NCBI GenBank assembly: GCA_026418475.1 | Contig: JAOABG010000003.1 | Span: forward strand, 1 to 50,621 | DNA length: 50,621 nucleotides | Origin: a bacterium | GTDB taxonomy: Bacteria; DRYD01 | Direction of reading: 5' to 3' | Made by a program: the position numbers and the translations under genes | The notes under the pieces: model-generated | What the model was told of the DNA's origin: nothing | Databases searched by the model: none | The model's input: the letters and a program-made list of their open reading frames with translations, nothing else | Shown here: positions 7,063-17,003 of the stretch, one piece after another | How the letters are laid out: each line of letters begins with the position of its first letter | Position numbering within the stretch: the stretch's first letter is position 1

Positions 7063-9727
7063 TTATTATCTTTATTCTTATTTTTCGTTTTTTCCCTTTA
7101 TTTTTTATTCTATATTCTATCAATTTTAGGAGATTTAATGTTGGTTGTGGTAGGTTTTTGCCATATATGTCAATGATTTCTTTTTTTAGGATTTGAAGTT
7201 CTTGTAAATTTTTGGTTGTTAGTAGTTGCCTGTATAATTTATTTTTTATTGGGCTGTCAGGGAGGAAAGTGGGTGCATCACACTCTATCTCTGGTAAATC
7301 TTCTTCTTGATTCAAATATTGATTGATCATTTTTAAGAATTGGATTAGTCCTATCTGTTCAACGTTTCCAGATTGTTTTTTGGATAGTATCGATCCAGGA
7401 CCTCTTATATCCATATCTTTTTGTGCTATGTCTATATTGGAAAGATTATCATTTTCAAAGATGGATATCCTTTCAAATGTTGGTGTGTTGACAAAATTTT
7501 CTTGAATTAAGATATAACAGTAAGGTTTTTTGCTACCTCTTCCTACCCTTCCTCTGAGTTGATATAGTTGTGATATACCTAACATTTGGCTGTTATCTAT
7601 TATTATCACATCAAATTCGGGAGTGTCTACACCGGATTGAACTATTGTGGTGGAAAGTATTATGTCAAATTTACCTTCTATGAAATCCATAAATGTTTTT
7701 TGAATAGTTTTCGAATTTAGCTTTGCATGAATGATTGAGCTTTTTGCAATATTTCTGAAATAATACCATTTTTCATAAAGCTCGTCTATGTTATTGTTAA
7801 CATATATTATCTTCAGTGAGTAATTTAGAGATTTTCTTATTAATTTTTCTAATAGTAACAGTTTATGGGGGTTATCAGTAAATGTTAGAATAAATGTTTT
7901 TGGGGGTTTATATGTTGGTGGTGGAGTGTTAATAACTGAGATATCCAATATTCCAGCTTTTGCCATGAAATAGGTTCTTGGTATTGGTGTAGCTGAAGAG
8001 TATAAAAAATGAGCTTTTTTGAACATTCCTTTTAGAGTTTCTTTGAAAATTGTTCCCATTAAATGCTCCTCATCTATCACAACTAATCCTATGTTATCAC
8101 CACCGGTATTATATTTTGTTATATCAAATGGAGTGGATATTAACAAGTCTGTATTATTCTGGTACAGATCATTCAAACTTGCTGTTTTGTATAGAGAGGT
8201 GTTTATACCTATTCTAAAATCTTTTAATCTTTTTGTCATGTTCATATAATGCTGGTAAGCTAATATTGTTGTTGGAACAAATAATATGGATTTGTAGTTA
8301 TTTGACAAGCTTCTTACAATTGCTCTTATTATTACTTCCGTTTTACCGTAACCGGTGTCTGCAAGAATTAATCTGTTTGATGGGAAAGGTTTTTCTAAAT
8401 CGGCTAGAACCTCATTTATTACTTTTTCTTGATCTTCTGTTAATATGTAATCAAATGTTTCTTCAATGTATTTATCGTATTCGTTGGGTATCAATTTATG
8501 TGCTGGTGTTGAGTATCTTTCCGCATTGATTTGTATTATTTTTTGTCCAATGGTTTTAATATCCTCATATACTTTTTCAAGTTTTTTTTGCCATGATTTA
8601 AAAGAGGGTATTGAGAGTATCTTCTCTTTAATTTTTTCTGTTACCTTTTCTGAAGATAAATATTTATGTAGATTTACACTTTCTACAGAGAAGTGGATTT
8701 TTCTATTTTTTTTGAATTGTATTGTTACGAATTCTTTTTCTGGATAATGTGAGATCTTCAATTTTTGGATTCCCAAATATATTCCTATTCCGTATCCTTC
8801 AACTACTACTAAATCTCCCTCTCTAAATTCTTTTATTGAATCAACCACATTGGTATTATGAATAATCGGTTCTTCTTTTAGATCTCTCATGGTGATAAAT
8901 ATTTGGCGATTTTCGTGATCAACAAATCCAAATATTGAATCTACTTCAAGAATTTCGTAATTCGCAATATTGAATTCATCTATGCTCATTCTCTTTTTTT
9001 TACAGTATTCTATTATAAAATTGGTAAATTCTTCAAATGTTTCTTGATTGGAAAAGGTTATTCTATAGTCTCTATGATCTCTTATTAGTTTTGTTATTTC
9101 GTATTTTGTATTAATTTTTTTGAGGCTTTTTCTCGGAACTATATTTAATACGTTCCAATCCACGTCTATATATAGGTTTTCTAGTTCTTTTTGTATTAGA
9201 TTTTCTGCTATTTCCTTCTCTTCTAAGCTTAAGAAGAGAATTTTGAGATGACTTGTTAAATTTTTATCGTTTGGATTATTATTCCCATAAATTTTGGTGG
9301 AATTTATTTTTTTTATGCTCAATAGTGTTTGTGGATCAAAAGTTCTTATGGATTCTATTTTGCCATCTTCTATTTCTACCCTTACTGGTGTATTACAATT
9401 AATATCTACTATATTTCCTCTTATTTGATAAGAGTTTTTTTCTATTATGTCATTTGATTGTTTGTACCCCATTTTATTTAGAATCTCTATTAATGTTTCT
9501 TGACTAATATTTTGGTTTGTTCTTAGTTTAAGGGTATCAGTTTTGAGGATTTCCTTTATTACGTAATTTATATTTTTGTAGTTACAGATCGGTATATCTG
9601 CTTTGTTGAGTATTTCAAACTCTTCTGGATTGAGTTTTTCTTCAATAACAAAAATTACGTTATCATACGATGATAAATCAGTGGGTATATTATTGATATT
9701 TTCTTTGAGAACAAGGTTATAAAACAT
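7040..9727 (-). CDS. mfd: Transcription-repair coupling factor (Mfd), short N-terminus
   Basis: CarD/TRCF RNAP-interaction motif (FREGDLVVVEGYGIGIYLG), SF2 Walker A (ADTGYGKTE), DEEH box (VIDEEH), motif VI (QLRGRVGRG) and a C-terminal TRCF-like region. It is 895 aa, against about 1100-1200 aa for typical Mfd. Confidence 0.85.
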   Translation of the reverse strand: MFYNLVLKENINNIPTDLSSYDNVIFVIEEKLNPEEFEILNKADIPICNYKNINYVIKEILKTDTLKLRTNQNISQETLIEILNKMGYKQSNDIIEKNSYQIRGNIVDINCNTPVRVEIEDGKIESIRTFDPQTLLSIKKINSTKIYGNNNPNDKNLTSHLKILFLSLEEKEIAENLIQKELENLYIDVDWNVLNIVPRKSLKKINTKYEITKLIRDHRDYRITFSNQETFEEFTNFIIEYCKKKRMSIDEFNIANYEILEVDSIFGFVDHENRQIFITMRDLKEEPIIHNTNVVDSIKEFREGDLVVVEGYGIGIYLGIQKLKISHYPEKEFVTIQFKKNRKIHFSVESVNLHKYLSSEKVTEKIKEKILSIPSFKSWQKKLEKVYEDIKTIGQKIIQINAERYSTPAHKLIPNEYDKYIEETFDYILTEDQEKVINEVLADLEKPFPSNRLILADTGYGKTEVIIRAIVRSLSNNYKSILFVPTTILAYQHYMNMTKRLKDFRIGINTSLYKTASLNDLYQNNTDLLISTPFDITKYNTGGDNIGLVVIDEEHLMGTIFKETLKGMFKKAHFLYSSATPIPRTYFMAKAGILDISVINTPPPTYKPPKTFILTFTDNPHKLLLLEKLIRKSLNYSLKIIYVNNNIDELYEKWYYFRNIAKSSIIHAKLNSKTIQKTFMDFIEGKFDIILSTTIVQSGVDTPEFDVIIIDNSQMLGISQLYQLRGRVGRGSKKPYCYILIQENFVNTPTFERISIFENDNLSNIDIAQKDMDIRGPGSILSKKQSGNVEQIGLIQFLKMINQYLNQEEDLPEIECDAPTFLPDSPIKNKLYRQLLTTKNLQELQILKKEIIDIYGKNLPQPTLNLLKLIEYRIKNKGKKRKIRIKIINGEIVES

Positions 9728-9734
9728 TCGGTTA

Positions 9735-10541
9735 TCATTTTCCTGAAATACCTTTTACTAAGTATTCTTCTAAGAAAGAGACGATGATAATCAAGGGGAA
9801 TATTGAAATGAATACTCCTGCCATGATCATTCCCCAAGGTATCTCAAATATATCAGAACCACTTATCAGAGTTACCCCGACTGTCAAAGTCCTTTTTACA
9901 CTTTCATTTGTCAGGGTTAAAGCAAATATGAATTCATTCCAAAAACCTATGAATTGAAGAATCCAAACACTTATAAACGCTTGTTTTATCATTGGTAAGA
10001 CTATTAAAAACATTATTTGTAAATTGTTCATTCCTTCTACTATTCCTGCTTCTTCATAATCTTTTTTCAGATTACTTATAAACCTACTTAACAATATAAA
10101 AGAGAAAACGAAACCTAAAGAAGTGTAAACAATTATCAGTCCGACTAGTGTGTTGTAAACACCCATCTTTACAATTATTTCAAATATTGGAACTATTATT
10201 AAAACTCCTAGTACTAAAAAAGTGTTGAGTAGCAAAAAAATGTTCTCTAAAATATTTGAGAATGGTAACTTCTTTCTAACGACCGAGTATGCCAATATAA
10301 ATCCCAGAAAAGTGGTTATCGTTGCAGATATTGAAGAAACCACAACACTGTTATAAACATAATGTAAAATGTTAGGATCGCTCAAAATGTAAAGATAATT
10401 ACCCAGTGTCCATTCAGAAAATTTACCCTGAGATATTGACTTATTCGGCAAAAGGGAGTATATAAATGTTATCAATATTGGAAACAAGCTATATAAAACA
10501 ACAATTAATATTAGAATGTTATTAAGAATTCTCTGAACCAT
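9735..10541 (-). CDS. Carbohydrate ABC transporter permease, MalG/UgpE type
   Basis: 268 aa with six TM-like segments, an EAA loop (YEEAGIVEGMNNLQIMFLIVLPM) and the WNEFIFAL motif typical of the second CUT1 permease. Confidence 0.85.
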   Translation of the reverse strand: MVQRILNNILILIVVLYSLFPILITFIYSLLPNKSISQGKFSEWTLGNYLYILSDPNILHYVYNSVVVSSISATITTFLGFILAYSVVRKKLPFSNILENIFLLLNTFLVLGVLIIVPIFEIIVKMGVYNTLVGLIIVYTSLGFVFSFILLSRFISNLKKDYEEAGIVEGMNNLQIMFLIVLPMIKQAFISVWILQFIGFWNEFIFALTLTNESVKRTLTVGVTLISGSDIFEIPWGMIMAGVFISIFPLIIIVSFLEEYLVKGISGK

Positions 10542-10645
10542 CCTATTTTCTAAAAATTTTATTCTTTCATTTTTACCTTTAACCTTTTTACAGAATAAAT
10601 AGATTTATACAGGTTTGTTTAAGTTATTATCAAATAGATATTTTA

Positions 10646-12574
10646 ATGGAAAATACGTTTGGTAAATTTTTTTCGCTCTTTCTTTTATTTTTGAGGAACA
10701 TTTTAAGAGGAGTTTTTATGTTTTTCATATTTGTTTTTATTGTTTTTATGGATGTTTTTAATAGTAAATCTTTTGATTATTTTTACGAATACTTTGAAAG
10801 TAAAAAGGAAAGTGACAAACCAAAAATAATAGCCCTATATTTTTCTATTCCTACTTTTGAAAAATTGCAAAGAAGGTACATAAAAGAGTTTTACTTTTTG
10901 GAAAAGTTTTTTCATATGAATAAAGTAAGATACTTGATACTAACAGATAGGAATATTAATTTATTAGAAAAGGATATTGATCTATTAGTTGTTAGTGATG
11001 CCAGATTTGTTCCCATAAGTACCCTCTTGAAGTTCCAAGAGTATTCAAAAAACGGTAAAATAATATTCACTTATCAGAGTTTAATGTTCAATCAATTTGG
11101 TATGAAATACTCTCAGGAAATACTCAAAGATTTTGGTTTGTATGATATAGTTTTTGTCAATAGAAAATATGAAAATTTTAGCTTCAGACATTTTACTAAG
11201 ATTAAAATATCAAGGGGATATGGTGTTGAATATTATGCCAATGAGAATAATGTATTGGCCTGGAGTTCAAATAAAACTCCCTTTATTTTAAATTATAACA
11301 ATTATTACTTTATAGCTGAGAATACTTTTTGTATTGAAAATCTGTCTAATCCCTATATTTTTGATTTCAATGTGTATTTTCTGAATTATGTTCTACCAGA
11401 TTTGATTAGCGATCAGAATACTAAAGATAAGATAAAAAACAATGTTAGCAATATTGAAATTATATTTCCTATTGAATATATTTTAAATAATAATAAAACA
11501 AAGAGGTATTTCTATTATTCTAAAAAAATGAAACTAATTTTGGATGAGATTGATAGTCTACAAAAATTATCTAATTCGCAAAATTTTTCAACTCTAATTA
11601 GGGTAGGAGTTAATAAAATTAGACCTCAAGAATTTACCACAACCAAATTTGTGAATTATTTGGGTAAAAACTTTTACCTGCTTGTTAAAAAAGATTCTCA
11701 AGGAGGAATAGCTGAATACTATAGCTACAAGTTAAAAAGTGTAGTTTCTTACAATCCTTTTATCATAAGTGTTTACTTAGAGGATTATATATCTTCTGTG
11801 GTTTTGAGTGAGATGCCAGATTTTTTTGAGTTGGAAGCTCTCAAAGCTCAAGCTGTTGCAGCAAGAACTTACGCTATTAAAAATAGGAATAGACACCAGA
11901 ATTATGATCTGTGTGATAAACCTCATTGTCAAAATTTTGAAGGAGAAAAACAGGAAACATTTAAAAGCTATATATCAACTTTTTCTACATTTGGAAAGAT
12001 AATATTATATAATGGATTACCAATAGATGCTGTTTATCATTCAACATGTGGTGGATTAACAGCCAATTCCGAAGATGTATGGAATAAAAATGTTCCTTAT
12101 CTAAGGTCTGTAAAGGATTACAAAGAAAAAATTGATGATGCCTATTGTAAAGAATCAAGGTTATTCAAATGGAAAATAGAAATAAAAAAAGATCGTTTAG
12201 AAAAAATGCTTTCAAATACAGTTCCTCACATTCTTGGTACTGGATTTAATGGAAAGCTCAAAAATATAAAACTTCAAAAAAATAAGAGCGGAAGAATTGA
12301 AAAATTGACAATAATCACTACTAAAAGTACTTACTACACCTATAGAGATAACTCTATTTATCTTTTTTCAGAAGATTTATATTTCAGTTTGCTTCCATCA
12401 AATTTTATTGATGAAATAAAAATTAACAATGATGGTGTTGTTTTTTTTGGTAGAGGGTTTGGACATGGTGTCGGTATGTGCCAGTTTGGTGCCAACTACT
12501 TGGCAAAAAAATATAACTATATACAAATAATAAAGCATTACTATAGAAATGTTGAAATAGATCTAATAAAGTAG
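10646..12574 (+). CDS. SpoIID/LytB-domain protein with long N-terminal extension
   Basis: The C-terminal half carries SpoIID motifs (EALKAQAVAARTYAIKN, HSTCGGLTANSEDVW, GFGHGVGMCQFGANYLA). The first ~380 aa follow a TM segment and are unassigned. Confidence 0.85.
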   Translation: MENTFGKFFSLFLLFLRNILRGVFMFFIFVFIVFMDVFNSKSFDYFYEYFESKKESDKPKIIALYFSIPTFEKLQRRYIKEFYFLEKFFHMNKVRYLILTDRNINLLEKDIDLLVVSDARFVPISTLLKFQEYSKNGKIIFTYQSLMFNQFGMKYSQEILKDFGLYDIVFVNRKYENFSFRHFTKIKISRGYGVEYYANENNVLAWSSNKTPFILNYNNYYFIAENTFCIENLSNPYIFDFNVYFLNYVLPDLISDQNTKDKIKNNVSNIEIIFPIEYILNNNKTKRYFYYSKKMKLILDEIDSLQKLSNSQNFSTLIRVGVNKIRPQEFTTTKFVNYLGKNFYLLVKKDSQGGIAEYYSYKLKSVVSYNPFIISVYLEDYISSVVLSEMPDFFELEALKAQAVAARTYAIKNRNRHQNYDLCDKPHCQNFEGEKQETFKSYISTFSTFGKIILYNGLPIDAVYHSTCGGLTANSEDVWNKNVPYLRSVKDYKEKIDDAYCKESRLFKWKIEIKKDRLEKMLSNTVPHILGTGFNGKLKNIKLQKNKSGRIEKLTIITTKSTYYTYRDNSIYLFSEDLYFSLLPSNFIDEIKINNDGVVFFGRGFGHGVGMCQFGANYLAKKYNYIQIIKHYYRNVEIDLIK

Positions 12575-12610
12575 AAGGATTTTTAGTTTTTCCCCTTTAA
12601 TTTAAATAAT

Positions 12611-14326
12611 GTGATAAGATCTAGTATTATTTTTATTATTTTAATATTTAGCTTTTGTTTTGCAGGGATAGAACTGGTAAAAAAAGAGAAAAACAAAATT
12701 GTTCACTACTTTCTAAAATTTAACAATACTGAATATAGATTGATATATTTGCCCAAGAGTATGGATAATCCAAATATAATGAGAGTTCTTAAAAAAAATA
12801 TTTTTTCTGATTTACCAGTTAAATATAAAATAGCATTTAATGAATACAATGGTAACTATGGGGTTTACATTAATAATGATCTACTGTTTACTTTTGATAA
12901 ATACTGTGCTTATTCGCTTGGTTATTCGGATATAAATTCTCTGTTGCAGTCATACCACAATAATTTGTCGAATTTGAAGTATGTACCGGATGTTTTCTTT
13001 GAAAGCACCTATATAGAGGCTCTGGTTAATCAGACTAAAAGTATTAGAATATTTAATAAATCAAATCGAAGTTTTACGTTGAATATTCCGGAATATTGTT
13101 ATTATCAGGATGGTAAGCTTTACATAAAACATAGTAAACCAATATTGCAACAGACCATTACTGTTAGTTATGATAATATAACTGATAGTTCTTATATAAC
13201 CATAAAGATTCCAACTATAGAAGTTAGAGATTATCAGTATTCAATATATTATAGGAACCCTATTATATTTGAAAAGGTTAATTTATTTAAATCATTTATT
13301 TTACCAAATCTTGTCCAAAATGGAGATTATGAAATCAAGTATTCTGAAATGAGAACATCTAAAGGTAGGAGGTACCGAATTTGGACTCCCGAGGCTTTTT
13401 TCCCATATAAATCTGTTCAAAGAGAAGTTGAAATTGCATTAAAAAATGATAAAACTGTCCCAAATATGGGATTCGATTATCTTATTATGTCTAATAATCC
13501 TGAAAAAATTCAAAAAAAGGGAATTATATATGAAACTGATATTCTTGAAAAAAGTGGATACTGGATATGGTTTCACCACCAATTCATGTCCAATTTGAAC
13601 TATTGTATAGAAATAGAAAACTTGGAAGAGTATGGACAAGATGTTGTAGAAATTGAATTTTTTGGATCTTTCAATAAAAGTGATAGCGAAGTAGAAACGG
13701 GTATAAGAACATCTATTGATTTTTACGAATTCTTTAAAAATAAGGCAATAGCAAAGACTAAGGTATATCCAAATCAGAAAGTTAGACTGATATTTGAGAA
13801 AGTATTTGTTAACCAAGTTATAACTGGTTTTCTGTACTTGAATTCTAACAAAAAGTTAAAGTTGAGGATATTTACTTTTGATGGTGCCTTTCCTTCTGAA
13901 TATCTTCCTGAGGATGGAACTCCGAGATCCACAGGCAAGTTTCCAAAACCAATAATACATAAGGAATACCATTTTGAAACTGCTAAGAATTTTGATAGTT
14001 TTAGATTACCAGATAAAGAGATAATTTCCAATCAGGAAAAGCAAAATTACTCTAATTATGGTGTTCTATATAAACTGATATTTAAAATAACTAATAATAA
14101 GGAATATTTTCAGAAAGTTAGTATTTACTTTTCCTCTATTTCGGGTTATACTCCATTGATATTTATGAATAACTTGGATATTTATAGAGTAAGCAGTGGT
14201 TCTTATAAGAAGATTCTTGAGGTATCTTTGAAACCTTATGAAACAGTTGATTATCCTATAAGTTTTGTAATAACTCCTGGATTATCTTATCCTATAGAGT
14301 TTGAGATATCTACAAGTAATTTATAA
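12611..14326 (+). CDS. Hypothetical secreted protein
   Basis: 571-aa ORF with a GTG start and an N-terminal signal-like segment (IIFIILIFSFCFAG). It lies 36 nt downstream of the SpoIID-domain gene. No recognisable motif. Confidence 0.6.
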   Translation: MIRSSIIFIILIFSFCFAGIELVKKEKNKIVHYFLKFNNTEYRLIYLPKSMDNPNIMRVLKKNIFSDLPVKYKIAFNEYNGNYGVYINNDLLFTFDKYCAYSLGYSDINSLLQSYHNNLSNLKYVPDVFFESTYIEALVNQTKSIRIFNKSNRSFTLNIPEYCYYQDGKLYIKHSKPILQQTITVSYDNITDSSYITIKIPTIEVRDYQYSIYYRNPIIFEKVNLFKSFILPNLVQNGDYEIKYSEMRTSKGRRYRIWTPEAFFPYKSVQREVEIALKNDKTVPNMGFDYLIMSNNPEKIQKKGIIYETDILEKSGYWIWFHHQFMSNLNYCIEIENLEEYGQDVVEIEFFGSFNKSDSEVETGIRTSIDFYEFFKNKAIAKTKVYPNQKVRLIFEKVFVNQVITGFLYLNSNKKLKLRIFTFDGAFPSEYLPEDGTPRSTGKFPKPIIHKEYHFETAKNFDSFRLPDKEIISNQEKQNYSNYGVLYKLIFKITNNKEYFQKVSIYFSSISGYTPLIFMNNLDIYRVSSGSYKKILEVSLKPYETVDYPISFVITPGLSYPIEFEISTSNL

Positions 14327-14339
14327 GGGGGATCTTAAA

Positions 14340-15494
14340 ATGGATAGGGTCTATATTTTTGATACTACTCTTAGGGATGGGGATCAGACACCTGGTGTTA
14401 ACCTAAAACTGGAACAAAAAATAGAGATAGCCAAAGAATTAGAGAAGGCAAGAGTGGATGTGATAGAAGCCGGATTCGCAGCTTCCTCATCAGGGGAGTT
14501 TGAGAATGTTAAAACTATAGCTTCTATTGTTAAGGAATCCACTGTTGCTACACTTTGTAGAACTGTAAGTAAAGACATAGATATTGGTTGGGAAGCTGTT
14601 AAGAATGCTGCCAACCCAAGAATACATGTGTTTATATCTACATCCGATGTTCATTTACAGACAATGATGAAAAAAAGTAGAGATGAGGTGCTTGAGATTA
14701 CCGAGAACATGGTGAAATACGCAAAAAAATACTGTTCTGATATTGAATTTTCTGCACAGGATGCCACAAGATCCGATTGGGATTTCCTCATAAAAGTACT
14801 TCAAATAGCTGTAAAGAGTGGAGCAACAACAATAAATATACCAGATACTGTTGGATATACTATCCCCGAAGAATACTCTTCACTTATAAAGACAATACTT
14901 GAGAAGGTTGATGGTAAATATATTATTTCCACACATTGTCATGATGATTTGGGGTTGGCAGTTGCCAATAGTTTAGCTGCTGTCAAAGCTGGTGCTCGGC
15001 AGGTTGAAGGATGCATAAATGGAATAGGTGAGAGAGCAGGTAACACCGCTCTTGAAGAAGTGATTATGGCAATAAAAATAAGGAAAGATTTCTTTAACCT
15101 GTGGACTAATATAGACACAACCAGAATATATACCCTGAGCCAAATGGTTTCCATGTATTCAGGAATACCGATTCAACCTAACAAAGCCATAGTTGGATTG
15201 AACGCTTTTAGACATCAATCAGGAGTCCATCAACACGGAGTCGTATCCAATAGGATGAATTATGAGATTATAGATCCTCAGGATATAGGGTTACCAAAGG
15301 GAGGAATAATAGTGCTTAATAAAAATTCAGGTAGGCACGGGTTGAAAGCTAAATTAAATGAGCTTGGATTCCAACTGACTGAAGATCAAATAAATAAAGT
15401 TTTCGAAAAATTCAAAAGAATAGCAGACTCTAAAGGTGAAATAAAAGATGAGGAACTTGTTGATATAGTCAAAGAAGAAATAAAAAATTTTTAG
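14340..15494 (+). CDS. 2-isopropylmalate / citramalate / homocitrate synthase family enzyme (catalytic HMGL-like domain only)
   Basis: Motifs FDTTLRDGDQ and THCHDDLGLAVANSLAAV. AAGGGGGA lies 6-7 nt upstream of ATG 14340, so I trimmed the start from 14301. At 384 aa it lacks the C-terminal LeuA regulatory domain. Confidence 0.85.
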   Translation: MDRVYIFDTTLRDGDQTPGVNLKLEQKIEIAKELEKARVDVIEAGFAASSSGEFENVKTIASIVKESTVATLCRTVSKDIDIGWEAVKNAANPRIHVFISTSDVHLQTMMKKSRDEVLEITENMVKYAKKYCSDIEFSAQDATRSDWDFLIKVLQIAVKSGATTINIPDTVGYTIPEEYSSLIKTILEKVDGKYIISTHCHDDLGLAVANSLAAVKAGARQVEGCINGIGERAGNTALEEVIMAIKIRKDFFNLWTNIDTTRIYTLSQMVSMYSGIPIQPNKAIVGLNAFRHQSGVHQHGVVSNRMNYEIIDPQDIGLPKGGIIVLNKNSGRHGLKAKLNELGFQLTEDQINKVFEKFKRIADSKGEIKDEELVDIVKEEIKNF

Positions 15495-15530
15495 AAATTT
15501 TTCCAAAATTGAATTTGCAGTTTATTCTGA

Positions 15531-17003
15531 TTATATTATATTTAAAAGGAACTCTGACTTTGAGATTGGTATTTCACTGAATATCTTGCCATTTTTCAAT
15601 ATCCCACAACCTATTACCAATCCATTGAATTTCACTGCTACAAAGGGGTATGAGTTATCAATTTCTATTTGTTCAAAATGGTTAAGTTCAATTTCTTCTC
15701 TCATTAAAAATTTTTTTAAAAGATTAAGATCAAATCTTAGTTCTACGAAATTTTTGGTTATGTACTTTCCTATAATTGTCAGGAATGAGCTTGTTGGCTT
15801 GTAAGTTTTCATAGGTTTAAAGTATCTAAATGCTTTTAATCCAAAGTGTTCTACTTTTAATGGCCCCTTTTCTTTAACAAGAAAAAGATCTGTTGAACTT
15901 ACATATATATCTGAAATTTTTTCTTTGTCTTTGTGAAACCATATGAACCTGTTAACCATTTCATGTTGAATACCGAATTTATCTAAACAGCTAAGAACTA
16001 TCTCATTACTAATCTTTTGTATTATATGATTTTGGAAAATCGGTTTATCATCTAAATTGAGTATTTTTGCTGTTGATCCATTTTTTTCCTGTTCGTATTT
16101 TGTTGGCAAAATTTTGGATATGAACATTCCTTTCATATTTTCGGGATAGATTCTAAGGGTTTTGCTCAAGCTTTTATCGAATTCTATATCTTTGTAGTTT
16201 ACCAGCCCTTTGTGTATGTTGTTTAAGTTTTCTAAGTTGGGTAGTGTGGAAACAACAATTTTTTGTTCTTTTACCAGTTTATCAATTATGTATTCGTTTT
16301 CCATGGGGTTAAATGTACATGTTGAATATACTATTTCGGTGTTTTTGTTAGATATTTTTGTGGCCCTGTTCAATATTTCGTATTGTATTTTCGTTATGTA
16401 TTCAATGAAATTTCGGTGTTTTTGGGTGTTATAATTTTCATAGTTATCAAGGTTTGATTCTGCTGAGCATGGAGCATCTACTAATATGGAGTCAATCTCT
16501 TTATTTATTATAAAGGGGAAAAATCTGGCATTACATTGGGTAATCAGAACATTGAGTGAACCAATCCTTTGTACATTATGCACCAAGCTTTTTATTCTAT
16601 CCATATCATTTGCTATTATTAGGCTATTGGGGAAAATGGTTGATAGTAGTGTGGTTTTACCCCCTGGTGAGGCGCACATATCTATTATTAAAGAAGGATT
16701 TGTTTTTTTATTGAACATGTTAACTACAAGAGCTGATGATATATCTTGTATGTAGAGGTATCCGAATAGGTGCTCGGGTTTCTTACTTATATTACCTTTT
16801 TTAACAATGTAATAATTATCCAATGTTTTTATTTCTTCAAATTCGAGATCGGGGTATCTCTTGAGAGCACTTACAATTTTTTCCTTATCATGTTTTAAAA
16901 TGTTAATTCTGAAGTATGAAGGTTTGGGAGTGTTCAAATTTTTCCAAAATCTTTCTTTGTCTTCTATAAAATCGTATTCTTCTAATATTTCTCTGTAACT
17001 CAT
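15531..17003 (-). CDS. NOL1/NOP2/Sun-family RNA cytosine-C5 methyltransferase (RsmF/RsmB-like)
   Basis: SAM-binding motif DMCASPGGKTT, catalytic DAPCSAE and a TC motif (YSTCT). 490 aa with a C-terminal PUA-like extension. Confidence 0.8.
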   Translation of the reverse strand: MSYREILEEYDFIEDKERFWKNLNTPKPSYFRINILKHDKEKIVSALKRYPDLEFEEIKTLDNYYIVKKGNISKKPEHLFGYLYIQDISSALVVNMFNKKTNPSLIIDMCASPGGKTTLLSTIFPNSLIIANDMDRIKSLVHNVQRIGSLNVLITQCNARFFPFIINKEIDSILVDAPCSAESNLDNYENYNTQKHRNFIEYITKIQYEILNRATKISNKNTEIVYSTCTFNPMENEYIIDKLVKEQKIVVSTLPNLENLNNIHKGLVNYKDIEFDKSLSKTLRIYPENMKGMFISKILPTKYEQEKNGSTAKILNLDDKPIFQNHIIQKISNEIVLSCLDKFGIQHEMVNRFIWFHKDKEKISDIYVSSTDLFLVKEKGPLKVEHFGLKAFRYFKPMKTYKPTSSFLTIIGKYITKNFVELRFDLNLLKKFLMREEIELNHFEQIEIDNSYPFVAVKFNGLVIGCGILKNGKIFSEIPISKSEFLLNII

